This document shows, one piece after another, positions 51,643 to 64,000 of a DNA stretch of 64,000 nt. This DNA comes from Carpediemonas membranifera BICM (lineage: Eukaryota > Protista > Fornicata). The notes below the pieces were generated by a model. The model was not told the origin of the DNA. It worked only from the letters and a program-made list of their open reading frames with translations, and did no database searches. Made by a program: the position numbers and the translations under genes. How positions within the stretch are numbered: the stretch's first letter is position 1; each line of letters opens with the position of its first letter. The stretch lies in assembly GCA_019828565.1 (NCBI GenBank), contig JAHDYR010000015.1, positions 504,239 to 568,238 of the forward strand, written 5' to 3'.

Positions 51643-53870
51643 AGCATACCGTCGTAGACGCGATGCGTAAGTACGCCTCGGGGCGTGGTACAGGCCCAGA
51701 TGACGATGTCCGCACGAATGCTGAGGATGTACGCAAACCCACCAAAATCCCAGCAGTGCTCAAAGAATTCCAACACCTGCGCGCCCTACACGGAGAAATC
51801 AAGTCAACCCTGGCTGACCCCAGCAAGGAGACGATTGCTGACATAACCACAGCCATTAATCTTGCCGTTGAAAAGCGCCTCGAGTTCCTCCGAGTCCTCG
51901 ACTCTGCCAACGAAGAAGCGGCCGCCTACTTTATCGTCACCGCCGAGGACATATCCAACGTCAAGGACCTCGTCAAGGTCGCCGCCAAGGCCAAGAAGGC
52001 CATCCCTGCCACGCGGGCTCACACATCACACCGGTTCGCCAAGCGTCCCTTCCGAAACCACGGATACAACAACCACAGATTCCAGAAAGCCTCGGGCAAC
52101 CGCAATGCGGCCCCGGGGCAGCAGTAGTTGCCCAAGTGAGGTTATGCCATCCTCAGATATAAAAGGCACCGTCTACGTTTTGAATACAGAGAAGAATGTC
52201 ACAAGAGCAAGCAAGAAGCGAAACAAGCCAGGATACATGGCACCTATCGTCCGACGCTCAGCCCGTCTCTGGTCCAGGTCAACGGACACACGTGGTTGGC
52301 TCAATGAGTCGAGCGTGGAAAGAGTGGGAGGCCATGGGGGCCAGCACGAGTGTCGTGGACTTACTCCGGCAGGGAGTCCCAGTACAGGACGGGCAGACGA
52401 CGAACTCGTCGCCCAACGGGTCACAGGGCCCGATCACAGACACAATCAACGAGCTAATGGAGCTGCAAGCAGTGGAGCAGTGTGCACCGACAGAGGTAGC
52501 GCAAGTCTGCCCAATCTTCATGACGCTGAAGAAGAACCACATAGACTGGCGCCTCATCCACGACCTGAGGCCGGTGAACTGGTACCAGACAACCAGGCGA
52601 TTCCGACTGAAAGGATTGACCGAGATAGCGAATGCACTGACCAAGGGGGCGTGGCTCGCCAGCGTGGACCTGAAGAGCGGATACTACCAAGTCCTGGTCG
52701 AACAGACGGGTCGGAAATGGCTAGGCTTCCAGCACGAAGGGAACACGTACCGCTGGAACGCGCTTCCTTTCGGCCTCAACACGGCCCCGGAAGCATTTCA
52801 ATCGATCACGGCGCAGGCGGCGAAGATCATCCGCCGAGAGCTCTCTCTCACAGTGTTCGTCTACCTAGACGACCTGTTGTTCGCCGACCCATCACAGCAA
52901 GAGCTAGCACGAAAGATGCCCGAAGTCCTGAAGATAATGGAGCGGCTAGGAATGATAATCTCGAGAAACAAGTGCGTTCTTACACCGACACGACGAATCG
53001 AGTACCTGGGAATAGTTATCGATACGCGCAAGAACACAATGTCTCTTCCGAACGACAAGCGCGTGGAGCTGAGAAGAATGATCGATCAGGTGCTCAAAGA
53101 ACGAAGAACAACGAAGATAGAACTCCAGCGACTCATTGGCAAACTCCTTTTCGCCAGATTCGCAGTAGGAGCAAGAACGCTTCCTCGACTGAGAGAACTC
53201 CAGTTAATGGTGACTGCGCCGAGTCAGCGATTTACGAGAGCCTCCATGCCCCGAGACGCCCGCACAGACCTCAGATGGTGGGCGCGTGTGATCGCGACAG
53301 ACCCGCAGTACGCAATGCAGGGGTCACCGCGACCGGAGATCAGGGTCGTGACAGACGCCTCGGACGTAGCTTACGGCGCGACAATATGGACAGACAGCGA
53401 GAGGATGGAGATCCAGGGCCGGTTCAAGCAGTCATTCATACACAAGTCGATCAACTGCAAAGAGACGAGGGCCATAACCACGGCGCTGCGACACTGGGCA
53501 CATGTGATCCGAGACAGAGATGTCCTGATCGCGGGAGACAACACCGCGTCACTCGCGTGGGTTGCGAAGAGTTCGACGAAGGCCCCAGCCCACATTCGCC
53601 GGGAGATCGCCGACCTACACGACTTCCTGCATGCCAACGGTTGCCGCTTGAGAGTCAAACATATCGCAGGTGTATTCAACACAACGGCCGATGCTCTGTC
53701 GAGGTACAAGAAGCTCGATTGGGCCATGCCAGCGGCCCTGCTGGCAGCTGCGATAGAGAGGTGGGGAGCAGTGGACCGAGCGCTGTTCGCGGCCGAAAGG
53801 TTCTTACCCCAGGACTACGACTACTGCAGAGACGCGTTCACAGCGATCAATTGGAGACTTCGACCGTAGT
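51643..53870 (+). mobile_element. PAT-4: 3'-truncated YR retrotransposon (gag 51636-52127; RT-RH-partial MT 52196-53869)
   Basis: VDLKSGYYQV, LPFGL, YLDD, TDAS, GDN, DAFTAINW; 5' end resembles PAT-3 A. Confidence 0.88.
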
Positions 53871-56800
53871 CGACTGCAAGTCGTTGGCAAGGCCAGCGGA
53901 GCCAAAACTTCGGCGCGAGAGGTCGAGGATGATTCGATACGATCTCAAAGACGGGATCGTGCGTCTCATAAGGGCGGTTCAGTTGTTCAAGAGCGAACTG
54001 AAACAGATGGGAGACGCCGCCCAAGAGATCGCAGAGCTCAAAGCCACCGTTCAACAGCTTCAAGACGCATTTACTGCCGGCGGCAACGTCCGAGAGACAG
54101 TAGATCTGCTTCGGCAAGAGACCACCATGACTTGGAAGCGTCCTGCTTCATCCACTATGCGCGAAGAGGCGGAGTTCCTCGAGGAGATCTACCGCAGCTT
54201 CAAGTTCAATCGAATCAGTGGCTTCGCCGTACTCGCTCGCATCTTCCTCCGTCACCGAGTCCTATGGGTGAAGGACCGCTACGGCTACCTAGCCGCCTCT
54301 GCTGTCTCCACCGCGGGCATGGCCGCCCTTGCCGAGCGCCACGAGATGAACGAGACGGAGATCGAGACTCTCGTCCTCCGCACCCTGTCCAAGATCCCCC
54401 GCCTGGCCGAGAAGAACACCAAGCCCGGCACCGGACATGACGGCGGCAACCGGGGTTTTCACGGGAAGAATCCGAAGCGCGCCGGCACGAAGAACTCAAA
54501 CTAAGCCAAAAGAAACCACCCATCAAGGATCCTCGCCCCGGTCCACAGGTCCTAACTCCTCATCCAACCACAAATCCCACTACTCCTCAATCTCCTCCCC
54601 TGTCACCGACGCCTCCTCCTCCCCCGTCCACAGCACCTCCTCCCCCGTCAGTTCCACCATTTCCCTGCATCAACAGGCAGTGGCGCCTATGGAGGCACTT
54701 GGGCGCGCCATCAGAGGTGGTTACGTGGCTACGCGAGGGCGTCCCGATATCCCTAAGAGCGCACCCTCGTCATCCGCGCCTACCACCAACTCGCGCCAAG
54801 GACCGCAAGGCATTCCGCGACCACCTGAAAACCCTCCTGAGCCTGGGCGCGGCAAGCCCATGCCGGTCTCCCAGCTTGATCTCACCTATCTTCACTGTGC
54901 CGAAGACGCCACCAGAGACGCGTCTGATCCACGACCTAAGGGCATTGAACGCAGTGTCAACGGAACATCGAACCTTTCGGCTGAAGGGAGTCAAGCAAGC
55001 GATGGCCCAGCTTCGCGAAGGAGACTACATGGCACGCTTGGACCTAGTCAAGGGCTACTACCAGTTAGGGGTCAGGGCCTCGGACAGCCCGCTGCTGGGT
55101 TTCGTGGTCGACGGGAGACCCTATGCCTTCAACGTCCTACCCTTCGGCTGGGGCCCAGCGCCATTCTTCTTCCAAAGGGTGATGCTGACAGCAGCGCAGA
55201 TCGTAGCACGGATGTTCCCAGGCATCAACTTGACCATCTATCTCGACGACTGGCTCCTGTCCGGGGACAAGAAGACACTGACCGCTGCGATGCCCGGCAT
55301 ACTACAGCTCCTAGAGAACCTCGGCCTGGTCATCAACAGGAAGAAATCGCAGCTCTCACCCACGCAGCAGACCGACTTCCTTGGCTTCGTCATGGACTCT
55401 GGCCGGCGGGGGATCGCTCTGCAGGACAGCAAGCGGCAGAAGTACCTCTCACGAGTCAGGGAGGCCTTGGCATCGGGGGCCACGACACACAGCATGCAGC
55501 GGTTGTTGGGCAATCTCGGCTTTGCAGCCATCATTTGGCCGGAGGGCCGAGCCGCTATCAGACCCCTCCAGAGAGCCCAACTGAAGGACCGCTACCGCAC
55601 ACTCATATCCGGCGAAGCGAGAGAAGCACTGATCCAATGGGAGCGCCGCTTATCACGGCCATCTCCGATAAGGTCCTTCCAAGAGCTGCTTCACCTGTGG
55701 GGTCTGTCTCCGACGCTCCACATCACAGCGATGACAGACGCCTCTCACTCAGGACTCGGCGGAGTGATCACAATCCCGGGCCGTCAACCCTTCACCTTCA
55801 CCAGGCCGGCCCCGATGGACGAGCACATCACATTGCTCGAGTTCCGAGCAGTGGAACAAGCAGTGAGACTGATCCTAGCAGAGCCGTTGACAGACGCGGA
55901 GGTCATCATCTACTCCGACTCGGTGGCAGCAGTCAGCTGGTGGAACAAGCAAGGCTCAACCAAGGCTCCGCAGTTTGTAGACTCAGTCATACGGGACCTG
56001 CTACCCACACTGAGCGAAAGGGCCATCAGGATAAGGCTCCTTCACGTCTCTGGTCACTTGAACGTCCAAGCCGACGCATTGTCGAGGTCCGAAACGCTCT
56101 CAGCGCCTCGTCGGATCATCGACAGGATCACAGCCGAGTGGGGTCCCATGCAGAAAGAGATCTGGCCCTCAGAGTGGCTTGGAGCTCGAGTAGAACGCAG
56201 CCCGTCGACGGTCGACGACAGCAGGTTCATAGACATGGACTGGTCGACAGGAAGGTGGCTAGCAGTGACACCCTTCGCGCTCCTATCAGCAGTATATGCA
56301 AAGCTGTGCCACCTCCACATTGCAAGGACCACACAGCCGAGATCCCTACCAAGTGCCCTCGTCCTGCTAGTGTCCGACTGCAGATCGCCGACGGCAGTTG
56401 CGCTGAGAGAGCTGACTCCGCACCGCATGTTCTTCAGAGTCAAAGCGGAGGACGCGGACCTATCAGCGATCACCCCCCTGCAGGCGGACGGCACATACCG
56501 ATTGGCGGCCCTGTTTGTGGGAGTGACATCTTCACCATCTCCCTCGAGGGTGACATGTTAAGTGGATTCGTAGACAAGCGCCACGTCGCGGGTGTGCTCC
56601 AACAGTTCTCGGGTTTCTGGGGTGCCCTTCCACCTGACACTAGCAGCGTCGAAGTCATAAGAGCATGGGCCAAGGACCAAGCCTCGAGGGTCACCAAGGA
56701 TACAATCACCTCGAAGTGGAGCCTAATCCGTCGCTTCTTCGGCCGGGTGTCATCATGGGAACCACCGCTGGACGCCGACGCAGTCATCAAAGAGCAGGCA

Positions 56801-57560
56801 AGGAACGCTCTTGGGAAGCTTAGAGGGCATGCTCTCCCGATTCGCGCGCACACTCTGGTTGACAGGCTTCGGGCTGCCCACCCTCAGTCTCGAGACGACG
56901 ACCTTTGGAAGGAGGCTTTCGCCTTTGCACTGACCACCTACGCCACGACCTCCAGGCCAGGAAAGATCTATGCCCTGCATGTTGGTGACGTTAGAGCGGA
57001 GAGCGCGCGCCGCGGGCTAAGAATCGCCATCCACGGCACTAAGACCCGGCGAGTGGTCGTTGAGAAGCTCGTCCCGAGAGTCGACGGGGAGCTAGACCCG
57101 GCTCACTGGCTATCTGAGGTCCTAGTCAATAGGATAGATGCAGGCGCGGTGGCCGAAGACCCTCTCTGGTCGCACCCCTACTCAGTCATTGAGGACCAGG
57201 TGAAGGGCATCATCTCCACGCAGGCTCGGCTGCACGGTCTGCGCCGCGGGAGCGCGGCTGACCTGGTTCTGATGGGTATCCCTATCCCGGTTGTTGCGGC
57301 GAAGGGCACATGGGCTGACCAGAACTCATTGATCCGTTATGTGGAAGACGTGCTTCGCCTGGACTACAGCACGTCCGTAGCCCCGTTCAGAGCCTTATTA
57401 GAGAAGGATAAGAAGAGATAAGCCCCTCAAAGCCATTGAGGAGTGGCTGCGAGGGGTATGATTGTGGGCCTTAGTGAGGCTAATCATAAACCTTGATGGA
57501 CAAGGTGATATTGGCTATTTGGAAGCCGTTAAGGCTTTAGAGTCTCTTTTAGGCTCGATG
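53871..57560 (+). mobile_element. PAT-5: YR retrotransposon (gag ~53930-54504; RT-RH-MT 54699-56561; YR frame 54437-57421); ends approximate
   Basis: LDLVKGYYQL, LPFG, YLDD, TDAS, SDS; SRPGK, TKT, HGLRRGSA, GTW...Y. Confidence 0.88.
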
Positions 57561-57952
57561 GTTCAATAATTGCGCATCAGATGAAGAAATTGCGCAACAA
57601 AAGTGAAAAATCGCTAGAACTCCTCAACGAAGCGCCGTTGAGGGCTATAGACCTCGTTTTTGAGCTCTTTGTGTTAGCATATGCAATGAATTGCAGCCGG
57701 GGCACAACTTGCATGAAAGACATCGAGAGTGTCTTAAAGTGCACCGATCGGCTGCAATTGCTTGGGCGGCGACTGGTTCCCTGTGGGAATGGACGGAGTC
57801 TACCGGATCGTCAGCCTGTCTGACTGGATGCCGTACGGCTCCGGACACGGGCGTCCGCGGCCCGGCGCTCCCATCATGCGATCCCGCCCCCCGGTTGTGC
57901 GGGTCCTACGACCCCACCGGGGCGCCCCGGCGGTCGGACGACGCCCGGCCAG

Positions 57953-59740
57953 GTGGACCAATTCGGAGGGGGAAATTTGAGCGGATCAATTTCCCCGCCC
58001 AATCCCCAGGTTTGGCCGATGTCCGTGGAAGAACGCCTCCAGGCGCTTGAAAACCAAGTAGATGAGACGAAGGAAGAGAATGCTGCTCTACGTGCTCAGA
58101 TCGAGCTCCTCGAAGAACAACAGAACGACCTTGAGGACAAGCCGCACTCCGAGCTTATCAAGAAGGAGTTCGAAGCCTGGGAACGCTTCCAAACGGAGTT
58201 TAAGCGCGATGCTAACGGTCTTCCGGACGATGCAACGCTTGGTGACGTGATTGCCCTCGTCAAGAACTTGGTGGACTTCAGACGGCAATACCTGCTGACA
58301 CTCGATCGTTTCGGCGAACTCACCGCTAAGACGTTCCGTGTGCAGGCCCAGGGAGTCACTGGCAAGAAGGCCCTCATGGAGAAGTCATTCAAGGCTGCAA
58401 AGATGGTGGGCATCAACAAGGTCACGCAGGAGCCCAAGAGAGTCAACAAGAGCTTCAAGCAACCTGCCAAGATGAGATGCAGCTTCTGCAACCGCCCTGG
58501 TCACGCCGCCACTGAGTGCTGGCTCAAGAACCCGCAGCTGAAGAAGTAAGCCTTTCAGTAAACGGCTCAAGAGATCAACCCTGTGGTTTTCGGCGTGTAT
58601 GGGAGACGAGTATTCACCAGGTACGTGTTCACAAGGCTTACACAGGAGGGGCAGGATAAGGAAACGATGGAGTGTTGGGAGTCCCAACTAAACGAAGCGC
58701 TTAAGCTCAACGCGCAGCCTGTCGTAGGCTCCATCACAAAGCAGGCCGATGTATGGGAGAGGACTTCCCCCCCGGCCGAGGTCCTGGCCGCTGTGCGCGG
58801 CGTGAGAATCCCAAATTCGGAGATACCGAGTTCCACGCAGCAGAAAACAAGTCCAGAGCTAACAAAACTCCTAGAAAAGGAGGTGGAAGAGCTCATTCAG
58901 CTCGGGGCAGTGGTAGAACTGGACCAACCCCCGAAGGTGATATCGCCGGTCTTTTTGACGCCAAAATCCGACGGCCAGGCCTGGAGGCTGATACACGACC
59001 TTCGAAGCCTCAATGAGCGGATCAGTGCGAAGAAGTTCTCGATGAAGGGACTACAAGAAGTCGCCACAACTCTACTACCGGGAGATGCTATGATCTCGCT
59101 GGACTTTTCAAAGGGGTATTATCAACTCCTACTCCATGAGCCAGACACAGAACTGGCAGGATTCGCCGTAGGTAATCGTTTGTTCAAGTTCCGCGTCTTA
59201 CCTTTTGGTTTATCCACAGCTCCGAGAGCGTTCCAACAGGTATCAAAGTTTGCCGCGAGGTTCATAGGGGACCGGCTGGGCGTCAGGATAGTTGTCTACC
59301 TGGATGACTGGTTGATTCTGCATCAGGATCCTAACTACCTGCGTTCATCAATCCCAGGCATCCTTAATCTGCTAACCTCGTTCGGAGTGGTAGTGAACCA
59401 GAAAAAGGCGATATGGCAGCCCACAACGCAACTAGACTTCCTCGGGGTAACAATAGACTCAAAGGCAATGAAATTCCGCCTCTCGGCGGGAAAGAGGCAG
59501 AAATACTACGATTCCGTTGCAAAGATCCTCAAGGACAGACGGACTCTCTTCAACGACGCTGCAAAGGTGTTAGGAAGGCTAATATTCTGCTCTGTTTGCG
59601 TAGGTCCAGCGGCCCTCGTGCGATCGCGGGAGCTCGCCATCTTCCTCGCGAACGAGAAGAAGAGACACGGCAAGGAGAGTTATCCGCGCTTCAAGCGGAC
59701 AGACATGAGCAAGACTGCGGTACGGGACCTCATGTGGTGG
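57953..59740 (+). mobile_element. PAT-6 5' part: CCHC gag (57953-58549) and RT (58583-59740), interrupted
   Basis: CSFCNRPGHAATEC; LDFSKGYYQL, LPFGL, YLDD, FLG; ends at DLMWW. Confidence 0.88.
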
Positions 59741-59749
59741 TAACACACG

Positions 59750-60140
59750 TGGGTGGTCTCGGGATTTTAGGACTGACTTCACTCCAGGTAGTGCCTACAT
59801 GAGGGCTATCTTTGGTCTCTGTGCCTCTGCTTGATCACTCCTCCTTCACCGTGAACATGCCAAAAACCAAAAGTGGTCGCGGCTTCTCGGTGTTCTCTGT
59901 GGGTTTCCCTGCTTTCTCTGTTAAATCTCTGTTCATTATCCTCTTATAGTGTCTCTGTGTTGGGCGTGGAGCTCCCACTCGCGCCCGGCGGAGATCCATG
60001 AATGCACCTTTGAGTTTGGCGGACAGGAAGCTGAGGCCGCTCCTTCTGAGCTGATGGGGGCGCTGTACCAGTTTACTGGGACAGGCCGTTGGCCTTTTAT
60101 CCATCCCCGAACATAGTCTTTCGACTTAGCTGAATTCGAT
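59750..60140 (-). pseudogene. Fragment homologous to the LINE-B 5' region (25900-26150)
   Basis: Collinear translation (LRRSGL, ARVGAPRP) and identical 26- and 19-nt blocks. Confidence 0.7.
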
Positions 60141-61197
60141 GGCGGACTGACCCCCCTGTACATCGTAGTGAAGTATGGGAGTGCGGCTGGGGCATAGGCC
60201 TGCAGTACTGCATGAAGGTGAGCCCGGGACACTGTGCCATACGCATTGGACATGTCCACAGCACAGACCTTGTGGCCCGACTCGTAGGCCTCGGCGATCT
60301 TGTTGGTCATGATGTCCAGGCCGCAGCTCTCACCCAGCCCATACTGCTCTGGGCAGACCCCATCGTCCCGGAGGCGGGCCGAGACGGCTGAGGCAAGGAC
60401 CTTCGCGGCAAGGCGTCGGAGAGACTCGCCCATAGCGATGGGTCTGACGCGATCTTGGCCCTTTGGTAGCGCGATGAGCCGTGCGTGCGCGAGGATGCTT
60501 GTGTACTCCTCTCCTGCGATGATATCTCTCACGAGAGGTAGCAGCGCCTGGACAAGCTTGCCTTTCCGCAGTCTGTGGGCCAGTTTGAGATGCAAGAAGC
60601 TCAGCCCGGATGGGCCCGGTGCCGAGTCCGCCCTCATCCTTCCTAGGGCTTCGTCAACCGCCTCGAACGTGATCTCAAAGGACGTCAATGCGTCGGTGTG
60701 GGGTGTGAGTGCCGGTGTCTGGGGATCGTGAAGTGGGGTGGCCTGCATTTCCTCCAGCTTCTGGTCGATCTCTCCCGGTGTGAGTGTCATTTCCGCCGAA
60801 AGCAGGACCTTCATGGCGCTTGAATAGTACCCTGCGGCGGCCTTCGAGTATGCAGCTCGCTCCGGAGAGCGGGCCCGGAGAGAAACGCCCTTCTTCCCAG
60901 GGCGGTATACGGTCCGCGCGTGCCGAAGGACGGCGGCTAGCGCCTCTCGCTTCCGACTCTCCGGGGCGTTGGCAAGGGCCACGAGCAGCTGGATCAGCCC
61001 GTTCACAAACCTGGCTGCCGCCTTTCGCGAGGGCTTTGATCGGCCGATACGGCCGGCTTCAGCTGGATGGGGAAGGAACGCCAGTTCGAGGGGCAGGTCG
61101 CCTGCGATGGGGTCAGTTGGTGGCATGGGGAGGAGTGCGGCTCTCGGTCTCCGCTGGGTCAGACTGGGTCTGGTGTGCGGTGGACCACCGGTTGTGG
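60141..61197 (-). pseudogene. CRE/SLACS-clade RT N-terminal half
   Basis: SAPGPSG, LIALPK...VRPIAMGESLRRL, QYG, DMSNAYGTV. Confidence 0.85.
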
Positions 61198-63419
61198 TGT
61201 TGTGGTAACACACGACGGCGCTCGAGTCAGTGCAGTTTATGTAAAGAGAATTCCGTTTGCCGCCGCATAAGTAATCACTTACTTGCGCAAGGGCAACGAC
61301 TAGCCCCATCGCGTATCGAGGCAGTGCTAGACATGCCACCGCCGACCAACTACAAGGCCTTAGAGCGGACGCTAGGCTCCCTTAACTACGTGTCGCGCTT
61401 TGTGGACGACTCCAGCAGAGTGCTGACCCCCCTGAATCGCCTGAGGAAGGACTCGCAGCCTGGACAACCGGTCAGTTGGACGAGTGAGCACCAGCAGGCG
61501 TTCGACAATTTCAAGCTGAAGGTGAAAGAGGCTGTGTCGCTAGCGTTCCCTGACCCTTCCAAGAAGTGGGAGTTGCACACAGACGCCAGCGCTACCGGGT
61601 TTGGAGGTGTACTTTACCAACAGCAGAGCGAGGAGAAGTGGGAGATTGTCTCCTTCTTCGCCGGGAGCTTCAGTGAAACACAACAGCGGTGGAGTACGTA
61701 CGAACAAGAGTTGTACGCCATCCTGGCGTGCCTTACCAGCAGTCACCTGTCGCCCCTGTTTAAGCTGCACCACAACCTCACAATCAGATCTGATCACAGA
61801 AATCTGATGTACCTTATGGGAAAGCGGGACCTGAACAACAAGCTGATGAGGTGGTCTCTGATACTGAGTGACTACAAATTCAGTATCCTCCACATCGCGG
61901 GTCGAGACAATCAAGTCGCAGACCAGCTGTCCAGGGTAGAAGCCCAAGCGGGGGAGACGCTAAGCTGGAGCGAGAGAATCATGAAGGCGCAAGCAGCGCA
62001 CGAGAGAGAGAGATACCTGGGTCAGGGCTGGCTACTCGAGAGACCGTGATGGAATCTGGAAGTTCGAAGGCATTCCCATCGTACCTGAAGGCGCGACGGA
62101 ACTGAAGGACGAGCTCCTCCAGTACGCCCACCGCCGTCACAGTGGACGATCAGGAACTATGAGCTCCCTCAAGGATGTGGCATTCTGGCGAGGACGCGCT
62201 ACCGCCGTTGCCAACCATGTCAAGGACTGCATTGTCTGTAGAAAGACCAGGCTGCGGGACTTCATCCAGACTACGAACAGCTCTACCACGGACGGCCTGA
62301 CAGCGCCGTGGGAGTGCGTCTCCATTGACACGATCGGACCAATCCACGGAGAGTCGCGCTTCCACTACATCTTCGTGGCGACCGACATGTTCAGTCGTTA
62401 CACTGAGCTGATGCCTGCCGAGGTCAATACGGGCCAGCAGGCTGCAAGGGCCCTCTGGCTGCTAGCCTGCCGACACGGCGTGCCGACAGTAATTCAGTCA
62501 GACAACGGTCCAGAGTACGTGAACAGCGTCATCTCGGAGCTCGTGACACTCATGCACACGTTCCACCGTAGGACACTGCCTTACCACCCTCAATCGAATG
62601 GTGTGGTAGAGCGACGCAACGCCGAAGTCATGAGACACGTCAGATGGCTAACACTGGCATTGAACGACTTCAGCAGGTGGGAAGAGACCCTGCCATATGT
62701 TCAACACATCCTCAATAGTGCTGTCCACACAGCAACAGGATTCTCGCCGAACGAGGTCCTGTATGGGCGCTACGTGGAGATCGGCCAGCTGCGGAGGACA
62801 CCGCCGGCGGCACCCTCTAAGATTGATGTGGTTAGGGACGTCAAGACGGCCCTACCTCCGACGCCTTCAGGAAGACGTGGTGAAGGTCATTCGAGATGAG
62901 CACCTCGCCGTCGAGCACTTTAGGGATGACACTGAAGCGACTCAACTCAGCGCAGGGGACTTCGTCCTGGAGAGGCCAGTGAACAAATCGAAGCTACATG
63001 GCCTCAAGGGACCCTATAAGGTACTAAGAGTCCTCGAGCATAAGGCTGTCGAGATAGGCTCACTAGTCGACGACAGTGTGCGGGTTGTGCATGTGTCACG
63101 ACTCAGCAGAGTCACCGTCCCTGACCTTGATGAGGGCAGGAGATTGGCCGCGACAGACTCAGAAGAGTTCCAAGTCCAAGCCGTCCGGAAACACCGGATC
63201 AAGCGTGGCGTTCGGGAGATCTTAGTAGAATGGGTGGGCTATTCCAATCCCACCTGGGAGAGATACGGGCCCGACAACTGGGACAATGTATTTGTTATCA
63301 GCTACATCCATGACAACTCCCTCGCTTGGAAGAAGACGAGGGGGTAGAGTGTTGTGGTAACACACGACGGCGCTCGAGTCAGTGCAGTTTATGTAAAGAG
63401 AATTCCGTTTGCCGCCGCA
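61198..63419 (+). mobile_element. Ty3/gypsy chromovirus G3, internally deleted (RNase H, integrase, chromodomain), with identical 70-bp LTRs
   Basis: LTRs 61198-61267 = 63350-63419 (TG...CA); PPT before 63350; TDAS, IDTIGP, SDNGPEY, KGPY, ILVEWVGY..PTWE. Confidence 0.92.
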
Positions 63420-63424
63420 CCTCA

Positions 63425-64000
63425 TGTGGTGGGAGAAACGCCTCAAGACGCTCCCGGAGCGCCACTTGGTCCAGCCAGCACCCACAATTCGAATCGAGAC
63501 CGACGCATCATCACTGGCCGCAGGAGCCACGTGCTTCACCGCAGCAGCGGACCCCAAATCCTGGCAGGCGCCCTTCTCCCCGACGGAGAAAGCCCTGCAC
63601 ATCACGTCGAAGGAGGCCCTCGCCGCGATTCGGGCGGTACGCCTCTTCGCCGGCGACTGTCAAGAGCCCACGACGGTCCTTCTCATGTCCGACAACATGG
63701 CAGCAGTCAAGTGGGTGGTCAAATCATCCACGAAGGCGGCACCCAAGGTACGGGAGGAGGCAAGGCGCCTAGCGGACTTCTGCGCAGCCAGAGGCCACTG
63801 CATCGTCGCCAGACACATCCCCGGCGCAATGAACTGGACGGCGGACAGGCTATCGCGGCCTCAAGACGCCCCGTACAGACTGCCCTTCGAACTGCCCACG
63901 GAACTGCTCATGAAGGCGGCCGAGAAGTGGGGGGCACTCGACAGGGACCTGTCCTCGGCAGGGGCCGAACTCTTCATGCTCCAAGACTGGAGTGGCAGGG
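63425..64000 (+). pseudogene. PAT-6 continuation: RNase H and start of MT domain
   Basis: Resumes LMWWEKR...ETDAS...HITSKEA...SDN...HIPGAMNWTADRLSR...KWG. Confidence 0.85.

Noticed and set aside
51862-54504. 880-aa ORF as a novel gene
   Set aside because: It is the PAT-4 overlap frame running across a junction into the PAT-5 gag
59936-61339. 467-aa ORF as an intact gene
   Set aside because: Chimeric read-through of LTR, CRE RT and LINE fragment
1-64000. CRISPR array, retron, DGR or group II intron
   Set aside because: No repeat-spacer array; all RTs carry eukaryotic LINE, gypsy, DIRS or CRE motifs

Overview
Eukaryotic, probably protist, DNA. Three 32-37 nt GT(A/T)TGT...T(T/A)ACACAG introns suggest a metamonad/fornicate-like host (inference). 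About 85% of the window is nested retroelements: two APE-RT LINE families with (TTTC)n tails; Ty3/gypsy elements and fragments with very short LTRs, two carrying integrase chromodomains; CRE-like RLE/RT fragments; and a head-to-tail array of six tyrosine-recombinase (DIRS/PAT-like, split-direct-repeat) retrotransposons. A tRNA-Leu(AAG) gene and a two-gene IS630/Tc1 transposon sit inside that array. Two novel-looking systems stand out. (1) Both LINE families carry a Maelstrom/arenavirus-NP-like DEDDh+ECHC nuclease domain in a very large ORF1 region. (2) A compact ~8.5 kb non-retro gene island (26.3-34.8 kb) is made mostly of predicted chromatin/ubiquitin manipulators: GNAT acetyltransferase, histone-H3-tail mimic, OTU protease, SET methyltransferase, caspase-like protease and PHD-finger protein, with large palindromes between divergent genes. 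Many ORFs are broken by single-base homopolymer indels that look like long-read consensus errors. All domain calls are by-eye motif recognition; no searches were run.
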